A DNA stretch of 64,000 nucleotides from an uncultured Gammaproteobacteria bacterium (GTDB taxonomy: Bacteria > Patescibacteriota > Patescibacteriia > UBA9934 > GWF2-40-263): the NCBI GenBank assembly GCA_964538435.1, contig CAZIDX010000007.1, positions 4,399 to 68,398 on the forward strand, given 5' to 3'. Positions 36,049 to 45,321 of this stretch are shown piece by piece. Position 1 is the stretch's first letter, and every line of letters begins with the position of its first letter. The notes under the pieces were generated by a model. That model was given only the letters and a program-made list of their open reading frames with translations, was not told the origin of the DNA and did no database searches. A program made the position numbers and the translations under genes.

Positions 36049-37368
36049 ATGCATCCACGAATACGACTTTTACTGTTTCTCATCTTTTTATTCGCCTTTC
36101 TCATAACTGCCCCGCTGGTTGTGCTTTACACGGCTGGGTATCGTTTTGATTTCACAGCGAATGCCATCGTTCACACTGGAGTGCTCAATGTGACATCTGT
36201 TCCTCGCAGCGCAACGGTTTGGATTGATGGTGATAAGCAATCAGATCGCACGCCGTCTGTGCTGGATGATGTCATGCCTGGAGAGCGTGTTGTGCGTGTC
36301 ACAAAGGATGGGTACACGAGCTGGGAAAAGACTCTGCTTGTTGAAAGTCGTGACACTACGTTTGTCTACGACGCCATGCTTTTTCTTGAGACAGAGTTTG
36401 AGATTGAAGATGATCGAGAAATTCTTGAGAGTGCGTTGTCACCCAACGATCACACACTTGCCTATCTGACCTCAGAAGGATCTTGGGCTGAGCTTTGGTC
36501 GATCACAGAAGGCGAAAAGCAATTGCTAACACGTGTGTCTGATTTTGAGGATGCGTCGTATGTGCTTAGCTGGTCATCTGAAGGTGATTATCTGGCACTT
36601 GAGCAAACGGTTGGTGGCGAGCTTGCGCTTTCTGTTGTTGATGTTGGAAATGGATCTACGATTGAGACACATGAGGTGCTGCAGACAGCAGAGGATTATT
36701 GGTGGGATGCTGGAGACAATGACGCACTCTTTATTCGATATGATGAGAATGTCTACAAACTCTCGCTTGCAAACAAGGACCTGGCTGAGATTATTCCTGA
36801 GAATCCGCAGCGAACAGTGACAAGAAATGGGATTATTGAGCTTGCGCAGAGCGCAGACCGCGTTGCCATTGCTCGAGTAGAAGACGAGATCGCTTCGATC
36901 ATTACCTATCTCCCCTATGGCGACTACGCTTTCTTGCCTGCGCCAGATGATGTGGTCATGCTTGAAGATCTTGATCGTGGAAGACTTATCCTGCTAGACC
37001 TGAATGAAACCGAACAACCTATCTTGATTAACAAGGAGCTGACACTGTGGCAATGGCATGAGAATGACGACCTGCTCCTGTACTCAGATGGATTTGATAT
37101 TGAGATCTACAGCCGCGATTCTCACACCACACAAACACTCACACGCCTTAGTGAGCAGATTGTGGACCTGATGTGGTATCCGCTTGGAAACAGCATCGTG
37201 TACTCAGCTGCAAACGAAGTGATCGCGCTTGAGCTTGAAAGCCGCGACGGACACAGCGCAACCACACTTCATGAGGGATCTGTGGAATCAACTTGGGTTG
37301 ATGAAGAGGGAGAGTTTCTGTATGTCACGAACTCGAACATCATTCAATCAAAACGACTACAAAGATAG
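36049..37368 (+). CDS. membrane-anchored PEGA-domain protein with beta-propeller-like C-terminal region
   Basis: N-terminal TM; PEGA-like segment VTSVPRSATVWIDGDKQSDRTPSVLDDVMPGERVVRVTKDGYTSWEKTL. First ATG at 36049 (track ORF opens at 36016 with an alternative start codon). Confidence 0.55.
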   Translation: MHPRIRLLLFLIFLFAFLITAPLVVLYTAGYRFDFTANAIVHTGVLNVTSVPRSATVWIDGDKQSDRTPSVLDDVMPGERVVRVTKDGYTSWEKTLLVESRDTTFVYDAMLFLETEFEIEDDREILESALSPNDHTLAYLTSEGSWAELWSITEGEKQLLTRVSDFEDASYVLSWSSEGDYLALEQTVGGELALSVVDVGNGSTIETHEVLQTAEDYWWDAGDNDALFIRYDENVYKLSLANKDLAEIIPENPQRTVTRNGIIELAQSADRVAIARVEDEIASIITYLPYGDYAFLPAPDDVVMLEDLDRGRLILLDLNETEQPILINKELTLWQWHENDDLLLYSDGFDIEIYSRDSHTTQTLTRLSEQIVDLMWYPLGNSIVYSAANEVIALELESRDGHSATTLHEGSVESTWVDEEGEFLYVTNSNIIQSKRLQR

Positions 37369-37418
37369 CAAACCAAAAAAATCCAGGCACCTGCTTGGAG
37401 TTTTTGGTTAATTAACAC

Positions 37419-37587
37419 TAAGGGGCCGGGTCGTTACTTGTAGCATTTCTAGCTTTTCCACATGTTTAGTACAAAAAAATGGATTTAATATCCATTTTTT
37501 TTGAAGTTTTTTGTTTACAGGTTTCAATTTATACTCGTTTAGACTCAGGAATAGAATATGAATGCTACAAGTAACGACCCGGCCCCC
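37419..37587. mobile_element. MITE-like non-autonomous element with the same terminal inverted repeats as the IS200/RAYT-like element
   Basis: TAAGGGGCCGGGTCGTTACTTGTAGCATT at 37419-37447 and its rc (26/27 nt) at 37561-37587 flank ~115 bp of AT-rich ORF-less DNA, wedged between the stops of convergent genes. Confidence 0.6.
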
Positions 37588-37589
37588 AA

Positions 37590-38672
37590 CTAAAGCTCTA
37601 CAAAACTGTTGTCTCCCACAATCAGTCTATGTCCTGTTTTTGGATGGGAGCGTTTGTAATCGACAAGCTCAGCATTGACTCCAATAAGGCTGTTTACAAT
37701 GCGACGTGTTGTGTCGATCTTTGCTCCGTCAAACACGATTGAATGCTCGACTTCAGTGTGGTTTACCTGCACGTTGTCTCCGATTGCTGTGTACGGTCCG
37801 ATATAGCTTGATGTGATGCGACAGTTCTTTCCGATTGCGACTGGTCCGCGAATGAGACAGTCAGGGCTAATCTCTGTTCCCTCTCCAATGCTCACAGGCC
37901 CTTGGATTTGCACATCTTCGTGCGGCTCGCAGTCCACTGAGTATCCTTCTCGAGGCGTGTCGTCCATGATGAGCGCATTTCCTTCGATGAGTGCGTTTGG
38001 GGTTCCGGTGTCCTTCCACCAACCTGTGATCTCCTCGTGACCAACTTTTCCGTTATTGATGTACCAGGTGATCATGTCTGTAATCTCGTACTCACCTCGG
38101 CCTGATGGCTCCATTGTTTTAAATGCATCAAAGAATTTTTCGTCAAAGAGATAGATTCCTGTGACGGCAAATGGTGATGGCGGGTTCTCTGGTTTCTCGA
38201 TTGTTTTGATCAGGTTGCCCTGCTCATCGAATTCTGGAACACCGAATCGCTTTGGATCTTTCACTCGAGAGAGCGCGATCATACAATCGAGGCCTTCGTT
38301 TTGGAATCGATCTACGAACTTATTGATGCCGCCAAGAATAATGTTGTCACCCAGGAAAAACAGGAAACGCTCTCCTTTGAGATGCTCCTCTGCGTTTGCA
38401 ACAACGTGCGCGAGTCCTTTTGCTCCGCCGCGCTGCTCGAGGTAGGTGATCTTGGCACCAAACTCAGATCCGTCTCCCAGGTTCTCTGACATGTACTTCA
38501 CCTCGCCTGGGTTCACGTTGATGATGATGTCCTTAATCCCTGCATCTGTGATCTTTTTTAGGACATACCAAAGCATTGGCTTGTTAGCCAGCGGAATGAG
38601 ATGTTTGTTTCGAGTCCAGGTAATTGGGCGTAATCGCGTTGCGTGCCCGCCTGCTGCAATAAGTGCTTTCAT
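37590..38672 (-). CDS. rmlA: glucose-1-phosphate thymidylyltransferase, long form (nucleotidyltransferase plus C-terminal left-handed beta-helix)
   Basis: MKALIAAGGHATRLRPIT sugar-nucleotidyltransferase signature; C-terminal hexapeptide-repeat region; 360 aa. Confidence 0.7.
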   Translation of the reverse strand: MKALIAAGGHATRLRPITWTRNKHLIPLANKPMLWYVLKKITDAGIKDIIINVNPGEVKYMSENLGDGSEFGAKITYLEQRGGAKGLAHVVANAEEHLKGERFLFFLGDNIILGGINKFVDRFQNEGLDCMIALSRVKDPKRFGVPEFDEQGNLIKTIEKPENPPSPFAVTGIYLFDEKFFDAFKTMEPSGRGEYEITDMITWYINNGKVGHEEITGWWKDTGTPNALIEGNALIMDDTPREGYSVDCEPHEDVQIQGPVSIGEGTEISPDCLIRGPVAIGKNCRITSSYIGPYTAIGDNVQVNHTEVEHSIVFDGAKIDTTRRIVNSLIGVNAELVDYKRSHPKTGHRLIVGDNSFVEL

Positions 38673-38754
38673 AAGAAAATGATACTAAACCTTTAAAAAA
38701 GGTACGTCAAGTGTTCCCCCTGCTTCTAGACTACGTTGGATGCGGGCTCTGGTC

Positions 38755-38790
38755 AATGAGAAAACCCGCCACAGCAATGCCGTAGCGGGT
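38755..38790 (-). terminator. rho-independent terminator after high-GC Nudix gene
   Basis: CCCGC-N15-GCGGG hairpin (38765-38789) with TTTTCTC on the minus strand. Confidence 0.55.
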
Positions 38791-38807
38791 CTCGTCCCTT
38801 GCGGGTT

Positions 38808-40022
38808 CTAGCGGGAGCTGAGCTCTGCGCGGATGCGCTCTTGCTCGACCTTGATCTCTTGGAGCGTCGAAGCCACTGCAAGCGCGTGCTTGCGCTCGCT
38901 CATCTCGAACTTGATCTCGGTGATGTGACCACCGTAGCGCTGGTCGCTCATCTCACCCATCCAGGCAGTGCTGCCATGGAGAGTCTGGAGGCGCACCTTC
39001 CACATCCCGTCATTGCGGCGGGACTTGCGCCTGAGGTAGCGGATGACTCGCTCGAGGTCGTCAGCCAGGATACCGTTGAAGCACGGAGGTGATCCAACCC
39101 AGTCTTCGAGGCCGAGGAACACTTCGATGCGTGCATCCTGACAGACTGACATCTTCAGATCGTAGTTGAAACCAGGCCCCATCCAGCTCACACACTTTTC
39201 GAGCACGGGCTTGGATGCACGCACAGGTACTGCTCGCGGAGGCTCGATGAGCCCCTTGAGCTGCGCCTTCATCAGTGCGGCAGAGGTGAACCCGTCCGTG
39301 ATCACCCCATCGCGCACCATTTCGTAAAGCTCGGTGAGACTCAGAACCACAGGTCCGAGCACGGACTCGGAAACGTCACGCGAGATCTTGCTCTCGTCGA
39401 TGATGACGTCGGTGATCATGAGGATCTCGGGGTCCATGCCCAGCACACCCGTATCAGGGTCTGTGATGCCGAGCGGGAACATCCTGGAGGTCTTGGTCAG
39501 GATTGCTCCGACCTCCTCCTGGGCCTCGCGGATGGCGCACTCTTCCATGGCTTCGTCTGGCATGCGTGTTCCGCGCGGAAGCTCGATGGTCCAAGCGCGC
39601 TTGGCGTGCTTGTATGAGCGGACGAGAACGAATTCATTGTCCACGGTCCGCAGCAGCACTGCGGCACCGACATCCCTGCCGATGTTCCACTCGACCACTT
39701 GGTAGGTTCCGACCACGGGCGCTCCGTCTTCCTCGCGCGGAGGAAAGAGCACGGTGTAGACCGGGATGACCCAGTACGGTGTGGTGACTACGCGATGGAG
39801 TCCGATGATCTGAACTTCGCCCTCACTCCAGTCTCCCAGAGGAACACTTTCGTCTTCCAGGCTCGCGACCACACGCTCGATAGCTTCTCTTCGAGTGCTT
39901 TCGGCGTACTTGACCCGGGCGCGCCTGAGCGATCCCTTGGCCAAACTCACCCCCAGGTCAATGACCTGATACTTGTCTTCCTTTCCCATTTTGACTCGCT
40001 TTGGACCAGGCTGCACGAGCAT
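38808..40022 (-). CDS. multidomain Nudix hydrolase family protein (single-gene high-GC island)
   Basis: Nudix box GTRMPDEAMEECAIREAQEEVG. ~60% GC. Start uncertain: ATG 40022 (MLVQPG) or 39989 (MGKED). The track ORF extends artefactually to 40379 across the next gene. Confidence 0.5.
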   Translation of the reverse strand: MLVQPGPKRVKMGKEDKYQVIDLGVSLAKGSLRRARVKYAESTRREAIERVVASLEDESVPLGDWSEGEVQIIGLHRVVTTPYWVIPVYTVLFPPREEDGAPVVGTYQVVEWNIGRDVGAAVLLRTVDNEFVLVRSYKHAKRAWTIELPRGTRMPDEAMEECAIREAQEEVGAILTKTSRMFPLGITDPDTGVLGMDPEILMITDVIIDESKISRDVSESVLGPVVLSLTELYEMVRDGVITDGFTSAALMKAQLKGLIEPPRAVPVRASKPVLEKCVSWMGPGFNYDLKMSVCQDARIEVFLGLEDWVGSPPCFNGILADDLERVIRYLRRKSRRNDGMWKVRLQTLHGSTAWMGEMSDQRYGGHITEIKFEMSERKHALAVASTLQEIKVEQERIRAELSSR

Positions 40023-40146
40023 GGCGCCGAAGTGTGAGTGTGAATACACGAACATCCTGCATGAGAATGCCGCGTGCACTGCTGGGTAGCAGAGGAGGAA
40101 TTTACCATAAAATAAGGGTTTTGTCAAGGTAAAAAAGCAATCAAAA

Positions 40147-40175
40147 AACCCGGCTTGAGCCGAGTTTTTCTCTTT
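40147..40175 (-). terminator. putative terminator after rmlD-like gene
   Basis: A6-ACCCGGC-TTGA-GCCGAGT-T5, imperfect short stem. Confidence 0.35.
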
Positions 40176-40183
40176 GTTTATCT

Positions 40184-41056
40184 TTAGCACGTAGGCCCAA
40201 CTTCGTCTGATTCCCCTTTTTTCTTTGCCTCTGCATACTTTTCCATTGTGTCGTGGAGTGCTTCGTAGATTGGACGCATTTTGATTCCCACCTTCTCTAA
40301 CTCTTCTGATGCTAGGAAATTGTTTGATCGCCCTTTGGCAGCAAGCCCTTGCTCTACGAGCTCTTCGTTTGAGATCCATTCGTTTGTGTGCGTTGGATCT
40401 ACGAGCTCTTCGTAGAGTTTGATGAGGTCGCGATGCTTCATGGTTCCTGGGTTGGTGACGTGGAAGATGCCGGCGGCTTTTTTCTCCATGAGCTGGTAGA
40501 AGACGTCGATCATGTCATCGAGCACGGTTACTGAGTTTTCAACATCGATGACCTTTGGGAAACTGGCGACCTTGTCGATGAGGTTTCCTGGTGCTGGGAT
40601 CCAATCGATTGGCATACGAATGCGTGCGATCCCGACGTTTGGCAGTGTTGAGAGCATAAGGTCGGCGGCCCACTTTGATCGTGAATACACTGGGTGTGGG
40701 TTCCCAAAATCACATTCTCGCCAGGCGTTGTCATCGTGATGCGATTCGCCGTAGAAAATGCAGCCTGAGCCCATGTGAAGCAGGTAGAGATCTTTTTCTG
40801 AGCAAGCTTCAGCTAGGATCATTGGCAGGATCGTATTCCCTCGCATGGTTTCGACTTGATGATCCTCACACCAATCAACGTTTGGGCTCCCCTTGATACC
40901 AGCGGCATTAAACACAACATCTGGCTGCACGCGTTCGATCTCGTCGAGCATGTCTTGCTTTGTGTTGATGATGGCGTCTGAGAGCACGGCATCATCGCCC
41001 CACTCATCTGCACAGCGCTGCCCCATGTACCCTTTTCCGATGATAAGAATTTTCAT
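40184..41056 (-). CDS. rmlD: dTDP-4-dehydrorhamnose reductase-like SDR (RmlD family)
   Basis: MKILIIGKGYMG Rossmann motif and YSRSK (YxxxK) catalytic dyad; RmlD-like size. Confidence 0.6.
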   Translation of the reverse strand: MKILIIGKGYMGQRCADEWGDDAVLSDAIINTKQDMLDEIERVQPDVVFNAAGIKGSPNVDWCEDHQVETMRGNTILPMILAEACSEKDLYLLHMGSGCIFYGESHHDDNAWRECDFGNPHPVYSRSKWAADLMLSTLPNVGIARIRMPIDWIPAPGNLIDKVASFPKVIDVENSVTVLDDMIDVFYQLMEKKAAGIFHVTNPGTMKHRDLIKLYEELVDPTHTNEWISNEELVEQGLAAKGRSNNFLASEELEKVGIKMRPIYEALHDTMEKYAEAKKKGESDEVGPTC

Positions 41057-41058
41057 AG

Positions 41059-41535
41059 CTATCCTGTTTTGGCTTTAATTTCTTGTTCTATTTTCTCAAA
41101 CCACTCAAACGCAGCTTGGCCTCCTGATTTTTCGAATCTGAAACTTATTGAGTATTTGTTTCCGTCAGATCCCTGGAACCTCACGCGGCCTTTGTATTTT
41201 CCATTGTCTTTTCGCTTGCGAGTTTTTAAATCATACATCTGCGACGTGCTGATGTCGATCATGTCGTTTGGGTATGTGAGTGTAACGGCATTACCGTTTA
41301 TACGCACGTGACGAATGCCTGTTTTGATTTGTTTGACTGCAAGAAAAATACCAATGAGTGGAATGATTATGAAGACAGCTACAGGAATGAGCTCAACAAT
41401 ATGTTCGCCACCCTCTGTGATTTCCACAAAGATACTAAACGCCATTGCAATTGCTATTGCACCCATAATTGCGCTGGCAACAACTCCTTGCCGCGTCTTG
41501 AACACTTCGTATTCGATTGGTTTATCGATGTCCAT
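41059..41535 (-). CDS. hypothetical small membrane protein (2 TM)
   Basis: 158-aa ORF with two hydrophobic helices, basic C-terminus; overlaps rmlB by 14 nt. Confidence 0.45.
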   Translation of the reverse strand: MDIDKPIEYEVFKTRQGVVASAIMGAIAIAMAFSIFVEITEGGEHIVELIPVAVFIIIPLIGIFLAVKQIKTGIRHVRINGNAVTLTYPNDMIDISTSQMYDLKTRKRKDNGKYKGRVRFQGSDGNKYSISFRFEKSGGQAAFEWFEKIEQEIKAKTG

Positions 41536-42523
41536 ATTGTTTTTCGTAATACTCTTGGTACGCGCCAGATCGGCAGGCGTCTACCCATTCTTGGTTATCT
41601 GTGTACCACTGAACTGTGCGCTTGATTCCTTCTTCAAATGAGATCTGAGGCTCCCAACCGAGTTCGGTGCGGAGCTTTGTGGCATCAAGAGCGTAGCGAC
41701 GGTCGTGTCCCTCTCGGTCCTTTACGTACTCGATCGCGTCCTCTCCCCGCCCAGTGAGCTCGAGGAGCTTCTTTACCACCTCCATGTTTGGCACACGGTA
41801 GCCTGTTCCGATGTTGTAGGTCTCACCAAGCTTTCCTTCGCGTGCGATCAGGTCGATTGCGCGGCAGTGGTCCTCTGTGAAGATCCACTCGCGCACTTGC
41901 ATACCGTCTCCATACACTGGCACGGTCTTTCCTTCTTTGAGGTTCATGGTGAAAAGTGGAATGAGTTTTTCTGGGAACTGGCGCGGTCCGTAAAAGTTTA
42001 CTGAGTTCGTTACGATCACAGGTGTGTCATAGGTTACAAAGTACGAGTAGCACAAGTGGTCAGCTGCTGCCTTTGATGCTGAATATGGTGAGCGTGGCTC
42101 GAATGCATCACCTTCTTTACTCTCGCCTTCCATGACCGCGCCATAGACCTCGTCGGTTGAGATGTGGACCATGCGCGGGATGTTGTGCTTTCGCACTGCC
42201 TCGAGGAGTGTGAAGACTCCCATGATGTTTGTTTCAAGAAAAGCGCGCGGCTCGAGGATGGACCGGTCCACATGTGTCTCGGCAGCGTAGTTGATGATGA
42301 GATCAACGCCTTGCACGGCCTTGTCTACATCTTCTGGGTTTGCAATGCTTCCTTTGATAAAGGTGTAGCGTGGATCGTCCTGGATGTCAGCAAGGTTATT
42401 CAGGTTCCCGGCGTAAGTAAGGTTGTCTAGGTTCACGATCTGAGTATCATCATACTTGTCGAGTAGATAGTGGATCATGTTTGAGGCCATGAACCCCGCT
42501 CCCCCTGTGATTAGGATTTTCAT
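41522..42523 (-). CDS. rmlB: dTDP-glucose 4,6-dehydratase
   Basis: ITGGAGFMASN Rossmann, TDEVYG, YSASKAA catalytic motif, NFYGPRQFPEKLIP. Confidence 0.85.
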   Translation of the reverse strand: MKILITGGAGFMASNMIHYLLDKYDDTQIVNLDNLTYAGNLNNLADIQDDPRYTFIKGSIANPEDVDKAVQGVDLIINYAAETHVDRSILEPRAFLETNIMGVFTLLEAVRKHNIPRMVHISTDEVYGAVMEGESKEGDAFEPRSPYSASKAAADHLCYSYFVTYDTPVIVTNSVNFYGPRQFPEKLIPLFTMNLKEGKTVPVYGDGMQVREWIFTEDHCRAIDLIAREGKLGETYNIGTGYRVPNMEVVKKLLELTGRGEDAIEYVKDREGHDRRYALDATKLRTELGWEPQISFEEGIKRTVQWYTDNQEWVDACRSGAYQEYYEKQYGHR

Positions 42524-42529
42524 AAACGT

Positions 42530-42940
42530 TTAACTAAGTTCATTTTTGATTTGCGCTGCGAGCTCACTGAGCTCTTCTGGTTTTGCCTCGCCAGAGTTCC
42601 ATGGGAGCACACCATCGTCTTTTGTGCGCGGAACAATGTGGAAGTGGGTGTGAAAGATAGACTGCCCAGCCTCGGCACCGACGTTTGTGAGCACATTGAA
42701 TGCATCTGCATCGACTGTGTCACGAATGACTGGCGCGATTTTTCGGATAACATTCATTATGCGCGCGAGATCATCCTCTGATGATGAGAGCATGTCTTGC
42801 TCCTGATTCTTTGGCACGACAAGAGTGTGACCTTTGCTGAGTGGAAAGAGATCGAGAAAGGCAATGACGTGATCGTCCTCGTAAAGGATGTTTGCCGGAA
42901 TCTCGCGATTGATGATTTTGGTGAAGATTGATGGTTCCAT
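42530..42940 (-). CDS. HIT family (histidine triad) protein
   Basis: HTHFHIVP histidine-triad motif. Confidence 0.8.
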   Translation of the reverse strand: MEPSIFTKIINREIPANILYEDDHVIAFLDLFPLSKGHTLVVPKNQEQDMLSSSEDDLARIMNVIRKIAPVIRDTVDADAFNVLTNVGAEAGQSIFHTHFHIVPRTKDDGVLPWNSGEAKPEELSELAAQIKNELS

Positions 42941-42941
42941 A

Positions 42942-43304
42942 CTATTTCTTAAATGCTTTGAGAATGAGCCAAGGGGTTGCGAGTCCGATCACGACCAGAG
43001 CTGCTCTGTACTCGTCTAGCCCTTCGGATGTGTGCCAGATTAGCATGGCCAGAGCGATCCCGGAAATGAGTGCGACCACCTTGTGAACAAGCGGTCTTTC
43101 TCGGTAGGAGTCCATCTCTCTTGACCAAAGCAAGCCAAAGGCAACGATAGCGAGCAGGAAGATGTGCACTGAGACGTAGCGAGAAACAAAGCCGGGTTGA
43201 ACAAGGTCAATGGCCCAGAATGAGATGTATGAAATCAGGGCCACATGGAATCCAGTTCTGGCAATTTCTTCTTTTGGATTGAAATGTTTTCGTTTCCAGA
43301 CCAT
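42942..43304 (-). CDS. hypothetical membrane protein
   Basis: 120 aa, three hydrophobic helices. Confidence 0.45.
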   Translation of the reverse strand: MVWKRKHFNPKEEIARTGFHVALISYISFWAIDLVQPGFVSRYVSVHIFLLAIVAFGLLWSREMDSYRERPLVHKVVALISGIALAMLIWHTSEGLDEYRAALVVIGLATPWLILKAFKK

Positions 43305-43306
43305 AG

Positions 43307-43888
43307 CTAGGCACTAAATGGTGTGATGCCGAATTTGTTTAGAACTTCAAGGAGCGGAGCAATAGGCAGGCCGACAACATTGTAGTAGTCACCGTATACA
43401 CCTTTGAAAAGTGCTGCTCCTCCATCTTGGATCCCATAGGCACCTGCTTTATCGAGCGGCTCTCCGGTTGCTACGTAGAGGTCGATGATTTCGTCTGAGA
43501 GATCTTTAAACTCCACGTCTGTAACAATGGCTTCTGAGACTGACTCTCCGGACTCGAGATCTCGAACTGTGAATCCGGTAATGACTTGGTGACGCTTGCC
43601 ACTGAGGGTTTTAAGGGTTTCTTTTGCTTTTTCTGGCGTGTGGGGTTTGCCGAGCACTTGTCCTTCGTGGGCAATAATAGTGTCAGCTGCGACAATCACA
43701 GCATCTTTTTCATCTGTCTTGATCGAATCTGCTTTTCCTTTTGAGAGAAACTTAACGAGCTCCTCTGGAGTCATGTCGAGTGTCATGTCTTCTTCGTAAT
43801 CGTTGTCGATGACCTTAAAAGGTAGACCAACCTGCTCCATAATCATTTTTCTGCGCGGTGAAGTTGAGGCAAGTAGTAGTTTTTTCAT
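43307..43888 (-). CDS. maf: Maf-like nucleotide pyrophosphatase
   Basis: LLLASTSPRRKMIM, GKP and AGAYGIQ motifs. Start set at ATG 43888, immediately after the stop of the upstream gene (track ORF extends to 44056 in overlap). Confidence 0.75.
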   Translation of the reverse strand: MKKLLLASTSPRRKMIMEQVGLPFKVIDNDYEEDMTLDMTPEELVKFLSKGKADSIKTDEKDAVIVAADTIIAHEGQVLGKPHTPEKAKETLKTLSGKRHQVITGFTVRDLESGESVSEAIVTDVEFKDLSDEIIDLYVATGEPLDKAGAYGIQDGGAALFKGVYGDYYNVVGLPIAPLLEVLNKFGITPFSA

Positions 43889-43890
43889 AG

Positions 43891-45321
43891 TTATTTGATG
43901 ATGAGTTCGTCTCGGTACATCCAGGTATTTATTTTGTGGATCATGAGCTCGGCTTCTATGGTGTCGATCCCTGGTGTTGAGAATACAAACTTCCAGGTAC
44001 CATCCTCTTCTGCAAAAAGCTCGGCTGTGTTGAATGAGAGCGTCTTTACCAGCCAACCATCTTGCTCGCGAGGACTTTCGTAGTTTGCAATGACGTAGTC
44101 GACTCCGAGCTCGTCTAGATCTGACATGTACGTAAGCTCGACTGGGTCTGGGTCAAAGTACTGATCGGCTGAGAATGCAATTCCGCCTTCAAGCACGATC
44201 TCGACATCACCTGCTGGTGCGTCAACGATTGAGAGACCTCCTGAGTTAAGCATCTGCGAGTACCAAACATAGGGCTCCTCGATTTCCAGCTCGCTACTGT
44301 TCACAGTCATGGTCTGCACACCTTCTGCGTGCCGCGTTTGCACGCGCATGACCTCTGCTTTGGTCCAGAAGGTTGCTCCAACAGCTGGCTCTGCAAACCC
44401 CACCTCATCCCCTAGATACACCATGTCGAGGAACACCATCTTTTGCTGAGGTGTTTGTATTCGTCTGATAAAGACGTCGTTTGTTGTGTTGATGACAAGC
44501 TTGTACACCCCTTCTGCGAGCCCTGGCACTGAAAGTGTGAGGTGCTCGAGACCTGTTGGAATGGCGTCGCTGCGAATGTTCCCATCGTCTTCTGCGCGCG
44601 CTTCTGCAACAGGCAACCCTTCTTCATTAAACACAACAACAGAGAGAAGGTCTGCGCCTTCGTCTCGGTTCATGTCCATGTAATCAAACTCAAAGAGCAG
44701 GGTTTCATCTTTGATGTATGTTTTGAGCTCGTGGTGACCGCGCAGGGATGCATCGATTGTCTGGATGGTGTCTGTTGGGTTGTAGCCTGTAATGCGGTAT
44801 GGAACATCAAAGCTTGTTTGGTAGGTTGCAACTTCGTTTCGTCTTGGTGGATCTGCAAAGAAAGCGTCAAGGGAGTTGTATGTTGCTTCGCGCTGGAGCA
44901 GCACCAGGCCTTCCTTGTCGATTCTGTTCCAGGTTGAATCCTCAATGATTTTATTGTGGAACGGGAAGAGGGTTGTAACTTCTGGATCTTCTTGATTCAT
45001 TCCCCCAAACTCAACGATTGGGACACTGCTGTTTTCAAACCAGACCTCCACGTCGATTTTCTCAAAGTCTCTGTGTGGGTGCACAAAAAAGAAGGTTGGG
45101 TCTGCCACAATTGGCTGCACCCACAACCCTTGCTCGTTCATGCGGACGTCGCCTGTTCTCTGGCTTGGCTGGATCTCGTCAATGAAGGGTGAGTCTTGTC
45201 CAACAATATGTGAAGCGAAAAAGACCCCGGACGGAACAAACCACTGGGTCGCGAGCCACCCAAGCAAAACGATTGGAGCGGCTATGAGGAAACATTGGAT
45301 GATGCGGATGAGAATCTTCAT
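43891..45321 (-). CDS. hypothetical membrane-anchored extracytoplasmic protein
   Basis: N-terminal TM, 450-aa beta-rich body, no motif; 4-nt overlap with the upstream GT-C gene. Confidence 0.5.
   Translation of the reverse strand: MKILIRIIQCFLIAAPIVLLGWLATQWFVPSGVFFASHIVGQDSPFIDEIQPSQRTGDVRMNEQGLWVQPIVADPTFFFVHPHRDFEKIDVEVWFENSSVPIVEFGGMNQEDPEVTTLFPFHNKIIEDSTWNRIDKEGLVLLQREATYNSLDAFFADPPRRNEVATYQTSFDVPYRITGYNPTDTIQTIDASLRGHHELKTYIKDETLLFEFDYMDMNRDEGADLLSVVVFNEEGLPVAEARAEDDGNIRSDAIPTGLEHLTLSVPGLAEGVYKLVINTTNDVFIRRIQTPQQKMVFLDMVYLGDEVGFAEPAVGATFWTKAEVMRVQTRHAEGVQTMTVNSSELEIEEPYVWYSQMLNSGGLSIVDAPAGDVEIVLEGGIAFSADQYFDPDPVELTYMSDLDELGVDYVIANYESPREQDGWLVKTLSFNTAELFAEEDGTWKFVFSTPGIDTIEAELMIHKINTWMYRDELIIK

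Noticed and set aside
38799-39769. Several 88-123-aa plus-strand ORFs inside the high-GC Nudix gene
   Set aside because: Antisense or off-frame ORFs typical of high-GC DNA; no starts or SD.
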